Of a stretch of 64,000 bases of DNA, positions 12,529 to 27,615 are shown one piece after another. The translations under genes were made by a program, and so were the position numbers. The DNA is taken from the NCBI GenBank assembly GCA_040285855.1, contig JAUFOQ010000005.1:496001-560000 (forward strand). The letters run 5' to 3'. This stretch comes from Eukaryota sp. GEM-RC1. Its lineage: Eukaryota. Position 1 is the first letter of the stretch; each line of letters opens with the position of its first letter. Under the pieces are notes generated by a model, which did not search any database, was not told the DNA's origin, and saw nothing but the letters and a program-made list of their open reading frames with translations.

Positions 12529-13438
12529 ATGAGAATCCTCTGGACTTCTCTCATTTACCCATATCATCTGAGTCTTTCTCTACTTTCATCTCTTCCTTCT
12601 TTGGTCACTCCATCGATCTCACTTCTTCCATTAAAAACATAGTAAAACATATGTCTGACAAACTCATTCAGGATACTTCTCCTATCCCAGTTCGTTAGTC
12701 TCTATTAGAAGGAATTATAGTGTACTTACTTAACAGATGGTGACGTTTACAGTTCGGGAAGTCTCCACGATCAGTCTTAGATACGCTAAAGATCTCTGCC
12801 TAGCAGTGAAGTTTCTACTTATGAAGACCACGGTTGTTGTTTCGGCTATCATCAATTGCAATGAGGAAGGTCCTCCTATCAGCCATCCTGCTGTCCTACC
12901 AGTCAGTGTTGGTTCTAGACAAAAGTGGTCATTGAGACTTGAAACCAGCGAACGGTCTCTTACTTAATGATCAAGTTAGAGTTGCTGATTTTGGTACCTC
13001 TGAAAACCTTGCAGCCACTGGATATAGATTATACTTACTGATATACATAACGTTTTGTTTTCTTGTACTAGAAACAATCTCCATGTCTTGTCAGGACCCT
13101 ATGCGATATGAAAGTCTGTAAAATGTTCCGATTATGTTTAAAAACTACAGCTGGCTAATGTTTACAACATGAGTTTGTTTTCCGTCATTTTGTGATATCG
13201 ATTTGTGTTAATTCAGATATATCTGGTCAGTGTTTTGTGCACGTGAACTCAATGCCTTTGAACTGTAAGGAGAGATATTGAAACCTGGTTTAGGGTTATT
13301 GATTGTATTTTCACGTATCTCTTAGGATTGAACCTGGATACAAGCTAATGTAGAATTTTGGATATACCATTTTTGATATTATTCTTTGAACCACACGGCG
13401 TTTTAAACATTAATTTATAACTGAAATTTAACTATCAC

Positions 13439-16400
13439 TTAATAATTCCGTACGAAATTGCGAATTACCTTACATGATGCAACAACGCTATTAGGAATCA
13501 TTGAAATTAATTGCATATTGATGTCCTCCTCTTCAACAAGAGTTCTCAACATTTTCCTAAACAAAGCAAAGTAGATCAACAAAGTGATACAAAAAACAAA
13601 CAATGTCAACAAAATCATAAGAGTACGGTAAAGTGAAATGGTTGTGGTAAGTTCAGCATGAAATACATCTATTGAATCCAGACATAAATTAGCCAGTTTA
13701 TATCCAGTTTCCAAAATATCTTCTACCAGTGAAGATTGAACATCCCAAACTAAATCATTTTCCTGATGCATAATAGGTGTAACTAAGCTGACATAGCGGT
13801 GTAAGAGATAGTCCAACCCACTTTCTTCATTAGAAGAGGCATTGAACAGAAAGTTGTTGAAATTTGTTTCATAGACAAGGTTGTTTTGATTTGCATAACG
13901 CCCTGCAGCTGGGCCTAAGAAGTTCGATGATGATCTGTACTGTAATGAAGAGTGAATTTCAAAGAGCTTATTGACATTGTTTTGGAGTCTAAAACAGTGT
14001 TCATCACGTGATTCTGGGTAAATGAAAGCGGAAAAACGTCAGCTCCAACTTCATACACAGTAGAAGCACGTTGACCAGCGAGTTGAAGCTGTTGAGGCCA
14101 AGTTCGTATCATTAAAGATGAAAACAATGTATAAGCGAAAAAGATCGCAATTGTCACTCCCAAGCAGGAAAGAGCACGCAAAGATTGATTGTGATACCTC
14201 TCCATCATCGATAATCTAATCACTTGTTGGACATGACTGGCAAGTTTTTCTGTTGGAGTCAAAATGAGCAAAACGTATATGAATAGAACAATAACCATAG
14301 TCGATGCAACCACCAGACTAACATTAACTAATACAAGATGAATCCCTCCTTGAAGATCATGTATATCACCAACTGTGACCGTGATGAGTTGTTTCATTGG
14401 ATTGTCCAAAAATAATTTTTGAAATCTCTCAGTAGACTGTACGTAATCACGACCCATAACTACGTGATAGGCTAACTGAAGTTGATTCGAAGGTGAACGA
14501 ACCGCAAGATCATACGTGGAATTAGTAAGAGTTTTTCTTGGGAACCGACCTGTTTCAAAGCGAAATACTGTCACTACCAGTGATATTAGAGACGTCCCAT
14601 ACAAGATTTTTCATTGAATTAAATAAGTCAGAGTTCAGGTTGTGAGCAGTTGCGGAAATAAGAGTAGTAATATCTTGAAGCTGGGTCATTTGTTGTAGTG
14701 ATTCCAGTGATGATGTAATTGATTCTTCCAGTGTGGTAACTACATTCTTATTGAGTGGATGAGCTTCGTCCTTTACGACATCTAACAAATTTAAAATTTG
14801 GTTAATTTCATTGAACATTCTATCCCTGAACTCCACAAATTGATTAAACACTGACATAGATCCAGAGAAAAGAAAACGATAAAGTTCTACATTCATCTCC
14901 GCCAGATAAAATTGTATCAATGACTTCTCATTCAAAATCCCGACAACCGAGTGATATAACTTTTCTGTTTTCGTCAACACTTGCATTTTCGATGCAGTTC
15001 CTACCCCTATTATTATTGAGGCTATCATAACAATAAGCACGAGACCTCGAAGAGTGAAGTAGTTTTTTCCACTGGAACTCAATTGTCGGATTTTTAATAA
15101 CAAGCCAACACAAATGACAACCGAACAGATATTGAGGGAAATCCATAAAAATTGGACTCTTTTCTGATACAACATGAGTTCAGAAATTCTATTAGTCGAT
15201 TCCTCATCAATTACATCTTCGGCTTTTAAGATATACTCTACTACAGAGTTGAGAACATCAAAGTAACGAGGCGATGCAATAGTACTCTTGGCAATGTCAA
15301 GCTTTTGGATTGAGGTAAGTGTTGCGTCATCATAATGATTGGAATACCAATTAGTTTGTGTGTTATACAGAACTCGGTCTCGGGTAATGGTATCTTCACT
15401 TTCTAGATCATATTCATAATTATGGACACGAGTAATGTCCTCTGTTGAAAAATTAAACGCCTGACTGGCAATTGATTGCGATATTGATTGCCAGTGAAAC
15501 AAGAATCCCGATAACCGTTCAGAAGACACTAATGACGTCTTGGCTTCTACTGACACTTGATGATCAAAATAAAAGGTGTCAAAAGATTCCGTTTAATCAT
15601 TAAATCAAAGACTTTTTGAAACTGTTGATAAAAGTACAAATCATTCGTACCAATGAAAGAAAACGTATTTGAAGTTAACAATAAATCAATTGTAAGAATA
15701 TCTCCAGTGAACTGCTGCAAACCGAAACAATCAAAAACCATTGTGACTAGTAACTGTTCATTAGACCTGTACTGGAAGTACATCAATGACTGGGTGAAGA
15801 TGACAATCACAAGGACTACAACTGCTGACAGAACACAAACTTTAGTGAAACCATTGATTGAGAATGAATCAGAAGTAGTTTCGTTGGTCACCTGAGTCTC
15901 AAGTGTATCCTGATTTTCTTGGTCTGAAGCAGTTTCTTCAGCAGAAGTAGATCGAGGATCGTCATCGGATGACGTTTGCTCTTGAATTTGGTCATCCAAA
16001 GTTGCACCTTTTCTTTTTGACTTTTTGTACTTTGCTTGAAGGTCAAAAATGATGTCATTACACGTGTCCTTAGGTACCCAAAGAAATAAGTTTAAGACTC
16101 CTTGTCGTTCAACTGAAATGTTGGTAATAATTCGATGAAATCCAAAGACTCCGATTAGAATTAAGCACGAGATGACAATAACACAAGCCACAATGCTGAT
16201 CATTTGAGTAACAAAGAAGAAATTATCAGAACCAATAAGAATGACTGACCAAAAAGAATCCCCCGCATTAACCAAAGTACACCTATTCTGGACCAAATAA
16301 TTGAAATATTTGTCTTCAATGAAGTTAGACCCATCAAATGATCCTATAAAGTCCACTGATGCAAATGCAAAAGAATTGATCAACTGCCAGAAGTTAACAA

Positions 16401-18810
16401 GTTTATACTCCCATAATGACGGATTAGAATGTCTCAATTCAAATACAATCAGACCGGGTTCCATGGCAAACTCAGTTATAGCATCATCTGTGATTGCTTG
16501 AAGGTCCCTCCCAGCAACTCTAGGGCATTCGTAAGCACTTTTAGAGACCATTGATCCGGAACTCATAAAAACACGACGAGCATGATAGCTGACGTGCTCA
16601 GAGTCTGTCAAAACAATATTACGAATTTGAGAAGCTAAATCATCATGAAAAAGGTGCCGTACCTGATAAGAACTTCAATTGTCAGCTTATTAGACATAAC
16701 CAATATGTGACTGCTTTCAATAAGTTGCTGGACTCTGTTGGTTAAATCATCCATCGTAGAGAAATAAAAACCCATTGAGACCAAGGTAACAACCATAACA
16801 AGTGTGAATGAGATAAACATCATTGTGGATAGACGGGTTACTTTGTGAGCTTTACTGCCATCAGCTGACGTATCGAGAGACTCAACAATTCCTGCTGCTT
16901 TCTTTCTTTTTCTCCCTTTGGACGTAGTGCGTGAAATTACCGATCTTCCACTGATTACTTGTGAGTTAGCCTGAGATCCGGTCACTTCGCTGCCTGATGC
17001 TGATTGCATATCAATGGCTTCCTCAATAGAACGCGCAATTTCTTCATCCATATTGACATCACGGATATAGTTGGCATATATCGAAAGAACTTCCTTATTG
17101 GGGAAATTGGTGGTGAGAAATGAAAATTGTCCAGAGGCTGCTTTCTTATACTTTCGAAGTCGATCTGTCAACTGTGGGAGTTTTGAAACTTCCGCTGATG
17201 GATGTGCCAGAATTTTCCAAAAAGATAACAAAGTGTCAAGGCAAGCAGTAACAAGTTCTCGAACTTCTTTCACGTTTTTCTGGTAGATTCTTGAAGAACG
17301 AAGATCGCCACCTTCATGTCCAGTGTTTGTTAATCTTCTTAACTCTTCACAACTTTTCTGGTAGTAAGAAAGCAGAAAGCGATCTCTGAAACTAAGGTCA
17401 AGATCCATAGCACTAATAGTGGAGGTTAAAGTCACGACAGACATGTGATTCTCTCTCACAAAAAGCTGAAAAGCAGTTTTGGATAGTAGCAAGTCCAGAT
17501 CTTCAGCAAGGCGTTCAGTCCAATAGGTGTAGAGAGAGCAAGCCTTTGCTTTGTCTTCATCGGAAGCTTTTGATGGTTTGGGTTGAAGAAATCTAGTGGA
17601 GAGCTCTACTTGCCAAGATTTCTTTATAATCACAGATTGATTGACTTGTTTTGGTTGAGGAATGGAAATGTTCACTGATGGAATATCTTCAGACTCTCCC
17701 TGAGAGTCCACAGAAACTGAATACGAAATAGTGTTCAACGATGAGTTCTGCTTCTTCGCTTCTTCACAGACGTGATTTAGATTGTAATACTTGTTGATAA
17801 AATACTTGCAGCTAACAAGATATGTTAAACCAAATATCAGAATTGATGCCGACCATGTACCAAGAACAACGAGACCCTGAACATCGGCTGACTCGATGGT
17901 ATGGAGGTAGATGAGATGAACAAGGTATGTAAGAGCTGTCCCTGACCAAACAGAAAGGATGAGAACATACTTTATGTTTGAAAGAGCCTTATAGAAGGGG
18001 ATACGAGTAATGAACAAGAAAGGGATGACAACAGAGCAGAGAAGATAGATGGTGCGGAAAAGCCACTTGCGAAGAGGGAAAAGATAGAAGACAGTGGGGA
18101 TGACAGTTTGAGCAAGGAAGAAGTAGAATTGACAGGTGGAATTAGAACGGGCGAAAACACGTTTTGAACATGGATTACAATCATAAGAGCAGGTAACAAA
18201 CTTTAACATGAGACTAATGAGACCGAGGAGTAACAACACCAGGATTGAGCGTATAAGAATGTTGTACCAATTCCAGCACGCGTCAGGGGGGAATTAGAGT
18301 AACAAAAGACTCTGAGTCAACTCCACAACTCAAGTGGGAGAGCGAGATGGTCAGGATGGGAAAGTAAAGAAAACCAACAAACAAGTGGATGGATGCCTTG
18401 ATGAGTGGAAGAAATCGAGATCTTTTGAGGTGTTCATGTCCAAACACAAAGTACAAACCCAACAGCAGCAAGAGAAATCCTAGGAGCATCATTGTTGAAG
18501 CAAACACAGTCCATGTCGGTAAGTTGAACTCCTTTGCGGTCAGTGGTAGAGTAAAATAGTTGAGGAGTCTTGCATCAAACAGAGAATCCCACTTAGGAAA
18601 GTTTTGCCTATTGAGCACAAATCCAGCGATTTGGACAACTTCAAACAAGAGGAGTACCAATGCACAGAAATCATATCGAGCTTTTCCTTCGAAAGACAGC
18701 TGTAGCAATGAAAACATCTTGCTTTCGAACTTGTGACCAACAGAGTTGGTGGAATATGTCATTGCAGTGGTAGCATGAGACACATCACTGTCTTTGCGAG
18801 ATCTACTCAT
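13439..18810 (-). CDS. TmcB-like large membrane protein, copy 2 (frameshifted)
   Basis: Near-identical to copy 1; fragments 18283-18810, 16635-18239, 15547-16611, 14555-15556, 13915-14604, 13439-13816. Confidence 0.7.
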
Positions 18811-19656
18811 AAATTGATCTCTGGTTTAAGAGATCAAAGGATTGATATCAAGTTTGATTCTCCAATTGTGTTGAAACTTTCAACATGTCATCTATATTGT
18901 CAATACTTCAAAGACCGCTTGTGACATCTCATTTGTTCTATGTATTCCTCTTCTTTGTACCCTCACTTATTGTTTGATGTTTTCACTTGGCACATCGTTA
19001 TCTACACCCCCAAATCATGTCGCTCCACTGGAGTCGCTATCAGGGTTTTCTTAGTCCTTTTCGTTTCTACATAACATGTGCTGTTAACGTCAGAATTGGT
19101 CACAATGTCTTCATTAGGTACTTCTCCCTCCTCCACTGTGTCTTCAGCTCCCACATTTCCACTTCTAACATGCGTCACGTCGATAAAGTATCCTACCTTT
19201 ATAACCCCATTTCGAAATGAAGACTGTTCCGAGTCTTTCTGTTGTATTAGTAAGTTTTCCTACGTTCAAAGGTACAGCATTCTAATGACGTGGCAGATGT
19301 AGCCCATATATACCTTCCGATATGTGAACATCTTGTCTCCCTCTCTTTCTTCGAGATCTGTATGTTTATATAATCAACAACAGTACTATTCTGGAAGAAT
19401 GAGTCGTGTAAGTACCTGGAATCTGTTTCAAATATTATTTGTGACTGCTCAGTATAAACAAAACTGTTTATAGTGTACACTAGGACTGTCCAGGTTCGGG
19501 TTTTGGTTCTAACCCGAACCTCTCTTCTCACAACCTGACTGGAACCCGAACCTCTTATCTTAGAACCTGACTGGAACCCGAACCTGTGGGGTTAGAACCT
19601 GGGAACTTTTAGAACCCGACTTTAATAAGATACAATGAAAAAACAAGTTATTGTCA

Positions 19657-20489
19657 TTGTCTGATGAGGGTTCTTACTCACAATTGATTTGACTAAATCC
19701 AAGTTCCAAGAATCAGTGTTGTATAAAAGAAACAATTGTTTCTCTAACGTTTTTGATTGTAAACGTCCTCTCAGCTGTCCTATAATTAGATAAATAAAAA
19801 GAAATACCAAGAGTTAATTTTGCACGACTGAATAGTCTTTCCACTTGGTTAGAAGTTGATGGAATAAATGATAAGTCTAAGTATTCCGAAGCAGTCTTTT
19901 TTGGAATAGTATCGACGTCATCAAGTTTTTCGTCGAAGCTCTTGACAAGATGAGCATTGTTTTCATTTTCATTTTCAGTAGGAGGAATTCTTTTCAGTTT
20001 ACTGACTGATGCCATTTCTGCATCAGTGAATTCTCTCTCATATCCTTCAAGTATCTCGATTACTCCATTTTCAAAGTCGGGGGACTCAAAGATTGATGAT
20101 GCTGGGCTATAACATGTGTAAGATATTCCTCATGTAGAACGTCCAACATTCTCTTGGCCTTGTGCAGAGGAACTTCTGAAACTTGCAACTTCTTTGTAAT
20201 TGAATTCAGCTGGTCAAATTTTGAAGCATCAATCATTTCTGTTTCCATTCGGTTAGGCAGATGTTGTTTCACTTCAATCGGGTTGTGGTTCAACAAAGGT
20301 AAAAAAAGAACAAGGCTATCTCTTTGGGAGTTGAAGAAGACGACATAAGGTGAAGAAAAGGGAGTTATAAATTAATTCTAGTAATTGCCGTTAATTAATT
20401 ATAATTTTAAGGTGTAACAATTAATTAATTATAATTCTAAGCGGCTAGAATTAATTAATTATAATTAAATTAATTTTTTCGCATCACTG
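19657..20489 (-). mobile_element. hAT remnant, junction copy
   Basis: As 11696-12528; ORF 19713-20015 contains VERLFSRAKL. Confidence 0.85.
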
Positions 20490-21398
20490 ATGAGAATCCT
20501 CTGGACTTCTCTCATTTACCCATATCATCTGAGTCTTTCTCTACTTTCATCTCTTCCTTCTTTGGTCACTCCATCGATCTCACTTCTTCCATTAAAAACA
20601 TAGTAAAACATATGTCTGACAAACTCATTCAGGATACTTCTCCTATCCCAGTTCGTTAGTCTCTATTAGAAGGAATTATAGTGTACTTACTTAACAGATG
20701 GTGACGTTTACAGTTCGGGAAGTCTCCACGATCAGTCTTAGATACGCTAAAGATCTCTGCCTAGCAGTGAAGTTTCTACTTATGAAGACCACGGTTGTTG
20801 TTTCGGCTATCATCAATTGCAATGAGGAAGATCCTCCTATCAGCCATCCTGCTGTCCTACCAGTCAGTGTTGGTTCTAGACAAAAGTGGTCATTGAGACT
20901 TGAAACCAGCGAACGGTCTCTTACTTAATGATCACGTTAGAGTTGCTGATTTTGGTACCTCTGAAAACCTTGCAGCCACTAGATATAGATTATATTTACT
21001 GATATACATGACGTTTAGTTTTCTTGTACTAGAAACAATCTCCATGTCTTGTCAGGACCCTATGCAAAGGAAAGTCTGTAAAATGTTCCGATTATGTTTA
21101 AAAACTACCGCTGGCTAATGTTTACAACATGAGTTTGTTTTCCGTCATTTTGTGATATCGATTTGTGTTAATTCAGATATATCTGGTCAGTGTTTTGTGC
21201 ACGTGAACTCAATGCCTTTGAACTGTAAGGAGAGATATTGAAACCTGGTTTAGGGTTATTGATTGTATTTTCACGTATCTCTTAGGATTGAACCTGGATA
21301 CAAGCTAATGTAGAATTTTGGATATACCATTTTTGATATTATTCTTTGAACCACACGGCGTTTTAAACATTAATTTATAACTGAAATTTAACTATCAC

Positions 21399-24300
21399 TT
21401 AATAATTCCGTACGAAATTGCGAATTACCTTACATGATGCAACAACGCTATTAGGAATCATTGAAATTAATTGCATATTGATGTCCTCCTCTTCAACAAG
21501 AGTTCTCAACATTTTCCTAAACAAAGCAAAGTAGATCAACAAAGTGATACAAAAACAAACAATGTCAACAAAATCATAAGAGTACGGTAAAGTGAAATGG
21601 TTGTGGTAAGTTCAGCATGAAATACATCTATTGAATCCAGACATAAATTAGCCAGTTTATATCCAGTTTCCAAAATATCTTCTACCAGTGAAGATTGAAC
21701 ATCCCAAACTAAATCATTTTCCTGATGCATAATAGGTGTAACTAAGCTGACATAGCGGTGTAAGAGATAGTCCAACCCACTTTCTTCATTAGAAGAGGCA
21801 TTGAACAGAAAGTTGTTGAAATTTGTTTCATAGACAAGGTTGTTTTGATTTGCATAACGCCCTGCAGCTGGGCCTAAGAAGTTCGATGATGATCTGTACT
21901 GTAATGAAGAGTGAATTTCAAAGAGCTTATTGACATTGTTTTGGAGTCTAAAACAGTGTTCATCACGTGATTCTGGGTAAATGAAAGCGGAAAAAACGTC
22001 AGCTCCAACTTCATACACAGTAGAAGCACGTTGACCAGCGAGTTGAAGCTGTTGAGGCCAAGTTCGTATCATTAAAGATGAAAACAATGTATAAGCGAAA
22101 AAGATCGCAATTGTCACTCCCAAGCAGGAAAGAGCACGCAAAGATTGATTGTGATACCTCTCCATCATCGATAATCTAATCACTTGTTGGACATGTCTGG
22201 CAAGTTTTTCTGTTGGAGTCAAAATGAGCAAAACGTATATGAATAGAACAATAACCATAGTCGATGCAACCACCAGACTAACATTAACTAATACAAGATG
22301 AATCCCTCCTTGAAGATCATGTATATCACCAACTGTGACCGTGATGAGTTGTTTCATTGGATTGTCCAAAAATAATTTTTGAAATCTCTCAGTAGACTGT
22401 ACGTAATCACGACCCATAACTACGTGATAGGCTAACTGAAGTTGATTCGAAGGTGAACGAACCGCAAGATCATACGTGGAATTAGTAAGAGTTTTTTCTT
22501 GGGAACCGACCTGTTTCAAAGCGAACATACTGTCACTACCAGTGATATTAGAGACGTCCCATACAAGATTTTTCATTGAATTAAATAAGTCAGAGTTCAG
22601 GTTGTGAGCAGTTGCGGAAATAAGAGTAGTAATATCTTGAAGCTGGGTCATTTGTTGTAGTGATTCCAGTGATGATGTAATTGATTGTTCCAGTGTGGTA
22701 ACTACATTCTTATTGAGTGGATGAGCTTCGTCCTTTACGACATCTAACAAATTTAAAATTTGGTTAATTTCATTGAACATTCTATCCCTGAACTCCACAA
22801 ATTGATTATACACTGACATAGATCCAGAGAAAAGAAAACGATAAAGTTCTACATTCATCTCCGCCAGATAAAATTGTATCAATGACTTCTCATTCAAAAT
22901 CCCGACAACCGAGTGATATAACTTTTCTGTTTTCGTCAACACTTGCATTTTCGATGCAGTTCCTACCCCTATTATTATTGAGGCTATCATAACAATAAGC
23001 ACGAGACCTCGAAGAGTGAAGTAGTTTTTTCCACTGGAACTCAATTGTCGGATTTTTAATAACAAGCCAACACAAATGACAACCGAACAGATATTGAGGG
23101 AAATCCATAAAAATTGGACTCTTTTCTGATACAACATGAGTTCAGAAATTCTATTAGTCGATTCCTCATCAATTACATCTTCGGCTTTTAAGATATACTC
23201 TACTACAGAGTTGAGAACATCAAAGTAACGAGGCGATGCAATAGTACTCTTGGCAATGTCAAGCTTTTGGATTGAGGTAAGTGTTGCGTCATCATAATGA
23301 TTGGAATACCAATTAGTTTGTGTGTTATACAGAACTCGGTCTCGGGTAATGGTATCTTCACTTTCTAGATCATATTCATAATTATGGACACGAGTAATGT
23401 CCTCTGTTGAAAAATTAAACGCCTGACTGGCAATTGATTGCGATATTGATTGCCAGTGAAACAAGAATCCCGATAACCGTTCAGAAGACACTAATGACGT
23501 CTTGGCTTCTACTGACACTTGATGATCAAAATAAAAGGTGTCAAAAGATTCCGTTTAATCATTAAATCAAAGACTTTTTGAAACTGTTGATAAAAGTACA
23601 AATCATTCGTACCAATGAAAGAAAACGTATTTGAAGTTAACAATAAATCAATTGTAAGAATATCTCCAGTGAACTGCTGCAAACCGAAACAATCAAAAAA
23701 CATTGTGACTAGTAACTGTTCATTAGACCTGTACTGGAAGTACATCAATGACTGGGTGAAGATGACAATCACAAGAACTACAACTGCTGACAGAACACAA
23801 ACTTTAGTGAAACCATTGATTGAGAATGAATCAGAAGTAGTTTCGTTGGTCACGTGAGTCTCAAGTGTATCCTGATTTTCTTGGTCTGAAGCAGTTTCTT
23901 CAGCAGAAGTGGTTCGATGATCGTCATCGGATGACGTTTGCTCTTGAATTTGGTCATCCAAAGTTGCACCTTTTCTTTTTGACTTTTTGTACTTTGCTTG
24001 AAGGTCAAAAATGATGTCATTACACGTGTCCTTAGGTACCCAAAGAAATAAGTTTAAGACTCCTTGTCGTTCAACTGAAATGTTGGTAATAATTCGATGA
24101 AATCCAAAGACTCCGATTAGAATTAAGCACGAGATGACAATAACACAAGCCACGATGCTGATCATTTGAGTAACAAAGAAGAAATTATCAGAACCAATAA
24201 GAATGACTGACCAAAAAGAATCCCCCGCATTAACCAAAGTACACCTATTCTGGACCAAATAATTGAAATATTTGTCTTCAATGAAGTTAGACCCATCAAA

Positions 24301-26769
24301 TGATCCTATAAAGTCCACTGATGCAAATGCAAAAGAATTGATCAACTGCCAGAAGTTAACAAGTTTATACTCCCATAATGACGGATTAGAATGTCTCAAT
24401 TCAAATACAATCAGACCGGGTTCCATGGCAAACTCAGTTATAGCATCATCTGTGATTGCTTGAAGGTCCCTCCCCAGCAACTCTAGGGCATTCGTAAGCA
24501 CTTTTAGAGACCATTGATCCGGAACTCATAAAAACACGACGAGCATGATAGCTGACGTGCTCGGAGTCTGTCAAAACAATATTACGAAATTGAGAAGCTA
24601 AATCATCATGAAAAAGGTGCCGTACCTGATGGCTTCAATTGTCAGCTTATTAGACATAACCAATATGTGACTGCTTTCAATAAGTTGCTGGACTCTATTG
24701 GTTAAATCATCCATCGTAGAGAAATAAAAACCCATTGAGACCAAGGTAACAACCACAACAAGTGTGAATGAGATAAACATCATTGTGGATAGACGGGTTA
24801 CTTTGTGAGCTTTACTACCATCAGCTGACGTATCGAGAGACTCAACAATTCCTGCTGCTTTCTTTCTTTTTCTCCCTTTGGACGTAGTGCGTGAAATTAC
24901 CGATCTTCCACTGATTACTTGTGAGTTAGCCTGAGATCCGGTCACTTCGCTGCCTGATGCTGATTGCATATCAATAGCTTCCTCAATAGAACGCGCAATT
25001 TCTTCATCCATATTGACATCACGGATATAGTTGGCATATATCGAAAGAACTTCCTTATTGGGGAAATTGGTGGTGAGAAATGAAAATTGTCCAGAGGCTG
25101 CTTTCTTATACTTTCGAAGTCGATCTGTCAACTGTGGGAGTTTTGAAACTTCCGCTGATGGATGTGCCAGAATTTTCCAAAAAGATAACAAAGTGTCAAG
25201 GCAAGCAGTAACAAGTTCTCGAACTTCTTTCACGTTTTTCTGGTAGATTCTTGAAGAACGAAGATCGCCACCTTCATGTCCAGTGTTTGTTAATCTTCTT
25301 AACTCTTCACAACTTTTCTGGTAGTAAGAAAGCAGAAAGCGATCTCTGAAACTAAGGTCAAGATCCATAGCACTAATAGTGGAGGTTAAAGTCACGACAG
25401 ACATGTGATTCTCTCTCACAAAAAGCTGAAAAGCAGTTTTGGATAGTAGCAAGTCCAGATCTTCAGCAAGGCGTTCAGTCCAATAGGTGTAGAGAGAGCA
25501 AGCCTTTGCTTTGTCTTCATCGGAAGCTTTTGATGGTTTGGGTTGAAGAAATCTAGTGGAGAGCTCTACTTGCCAGGATTTCTTTATAATCACAGATTGA
25601 TTGACTTGTTTTGGTTGAGGAATGGAAATGTTCACTGATGGAATATCTTCAGACTCTCCCTGAGAGTCCACAGAAACTGAATACGAAATAGTGTTCAACG
25701 ATGAGTTCTGCTTCTTCGCTTCTTCACTGACGTGATTTAGATTGTAATACTTGTTGATAAAATACTTGCAGCTAACAAGATATGTTAAACCAAATATCAG
25801 AATTGATGCCGACCATGTACCAAGAACAACGAGACCCTGAACATCGGCTGACTCGATGGTATGGAGGTAGATGAGATGAACAAGGTATGTAAGAGCTGTC
25901 CCTGACCAAACAGAAAGGATGAGAACATACTTTATGTTTGAAAGAGCCTATAGAAGGGGATACGAGTAATGAACAAGAAAGGGATGACAACAGAGCAGAG
26001 AAGATAGATGGTGCGGAAAAGCCACTTGCGAAAAGGGAAAAGATAGAAGACAGTGGGGATGACAGTTTGAGCAAGGAAGAAGTAGAATTGGCAAGTGGAA
26101 TTTGAACGGGCGAAAACACGTTTTGAACATGGATTACAATCATAAGAGCAGGTAACAAACTTTAACATGAGACTAATGAGACCAAGGAGTAACAACACCA
26201 GGATTGAGCGTATAAGAATGTTGTACCAATTCCAGCACGCGTCAGGGGGGAATTAGAGTAACAAAAGACTCTGATTCAACTCCACAACTCAAGTGGGAGA
26301 GCAGGATGGTCAGGATGGGAAAGTAAAGAAAACCAACAAACAAGTGGATGGATGCCTTGATGAGTGGAAGAAATCGAGATCTTTTGAGGTGTTCATGTCC
26401 AAACACAAAGTACAAACCCAACAGCAGCAAGAGAAATCCTAGGAGCATCATTGTTGAAGCAAACACAGTCCATGTCGGTAAGTTGAACTCCTTTGCGGTC
26501 AGTGGTAGAGTAAAATAGTTGAGGAGTCTTGCATCAAACAGAGAATCCCACTTAGGAAAGTTTTGCCTATTGAGCACAAATCCAGCGATTTGGACAACTT
26601 CAAACAAGAGGAGTACCAATGCACAGAAATCATATCGAGCTTTTCCTTCGAAAGACAGCTGTAGCAATGAAAACATCTTGCTTTCGAACTTGTGACCAAC
26701 AGAGTTGGTGGAATATGTCATTGCAGTGGTAGCATGAGACACATCACTGTCTTTGCGAGATCTACTCAT
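21399..26769 (-). CDS. TmcB-like large membrane protein, copy 3 (frameshifted)
   Basis: Fragments 26242-26769, 25932-26198, 24598-25698, 23509-24501, 21536-23518; homologous stop at 21399-21401. Confidence 0.7.
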
Positions 26770-27615
26770 AAATTGATCTCTGGTTTAAGAGATCAAAGGA
26801 TTGATATCAAGTTTGATTCTCCAATTGTGTTGAAACTTTCAACATGTCATCTATATTGTCAATACTTCAAAGACCGCTTGTGACATCTCATTTGTTCTAT
26901 GTATTCCTCTTCTTTGTACCCTCACTTATTGTTTGATGTTTTCACTTGGCACATCGTTATCTACACCCCCAAATCATGTCGCTCCACTGGAGTCGCTATC
27001 AGGGTTTTCTTAGTCCTTTTCGTTTCTACATAACATGTGCTGTTAACGTCAAAATTGGTCACAATGTCTTCATTAGGTACTTCTCCCTCCTCCACTGTGT
27101 CTTCAGCTCCCACATTTCCACTTCTAACATGCGTCACGTCGATAAAGTATCCTACCTTTATAACCCCATTTCGAAATGAAGACTGTTCCGAGTCTTTCTG
27201 TTGTATTAGTAAGTTTTCCTACGTTCAAAGGTACAGCATTCTAATGACGTGGCAGATGTAGCCCATATATACCTTCCGATATGTGAACATCTTGTCTCCC
27301 TCTCTTTCTTCGAGATCTGTATGGTTATATAATCAACAACAGTACTATTCTGGAAGAATGAGTCGTGTAAGTACCTGGAATCTGTTTCAAATATTATTTG
27401 TGACTGCTCAGTATAAACAAAACTGTTTATAGTGTACACTAGGACTGTCCAGGTTCGGGTTTTGGTTCTAACCCGAACCTCTCTTCTCACAACCTGACTG
27501 GAACCCGAACCTCTTATCTTAGAACCTGACTGGAACCCGAACCTGTGGGGTTAGAACCTGGGAACTTTTAGAACCCGACTTTAATAAGATACAATGAAAA
27601 AACAAGTTATTGTCA

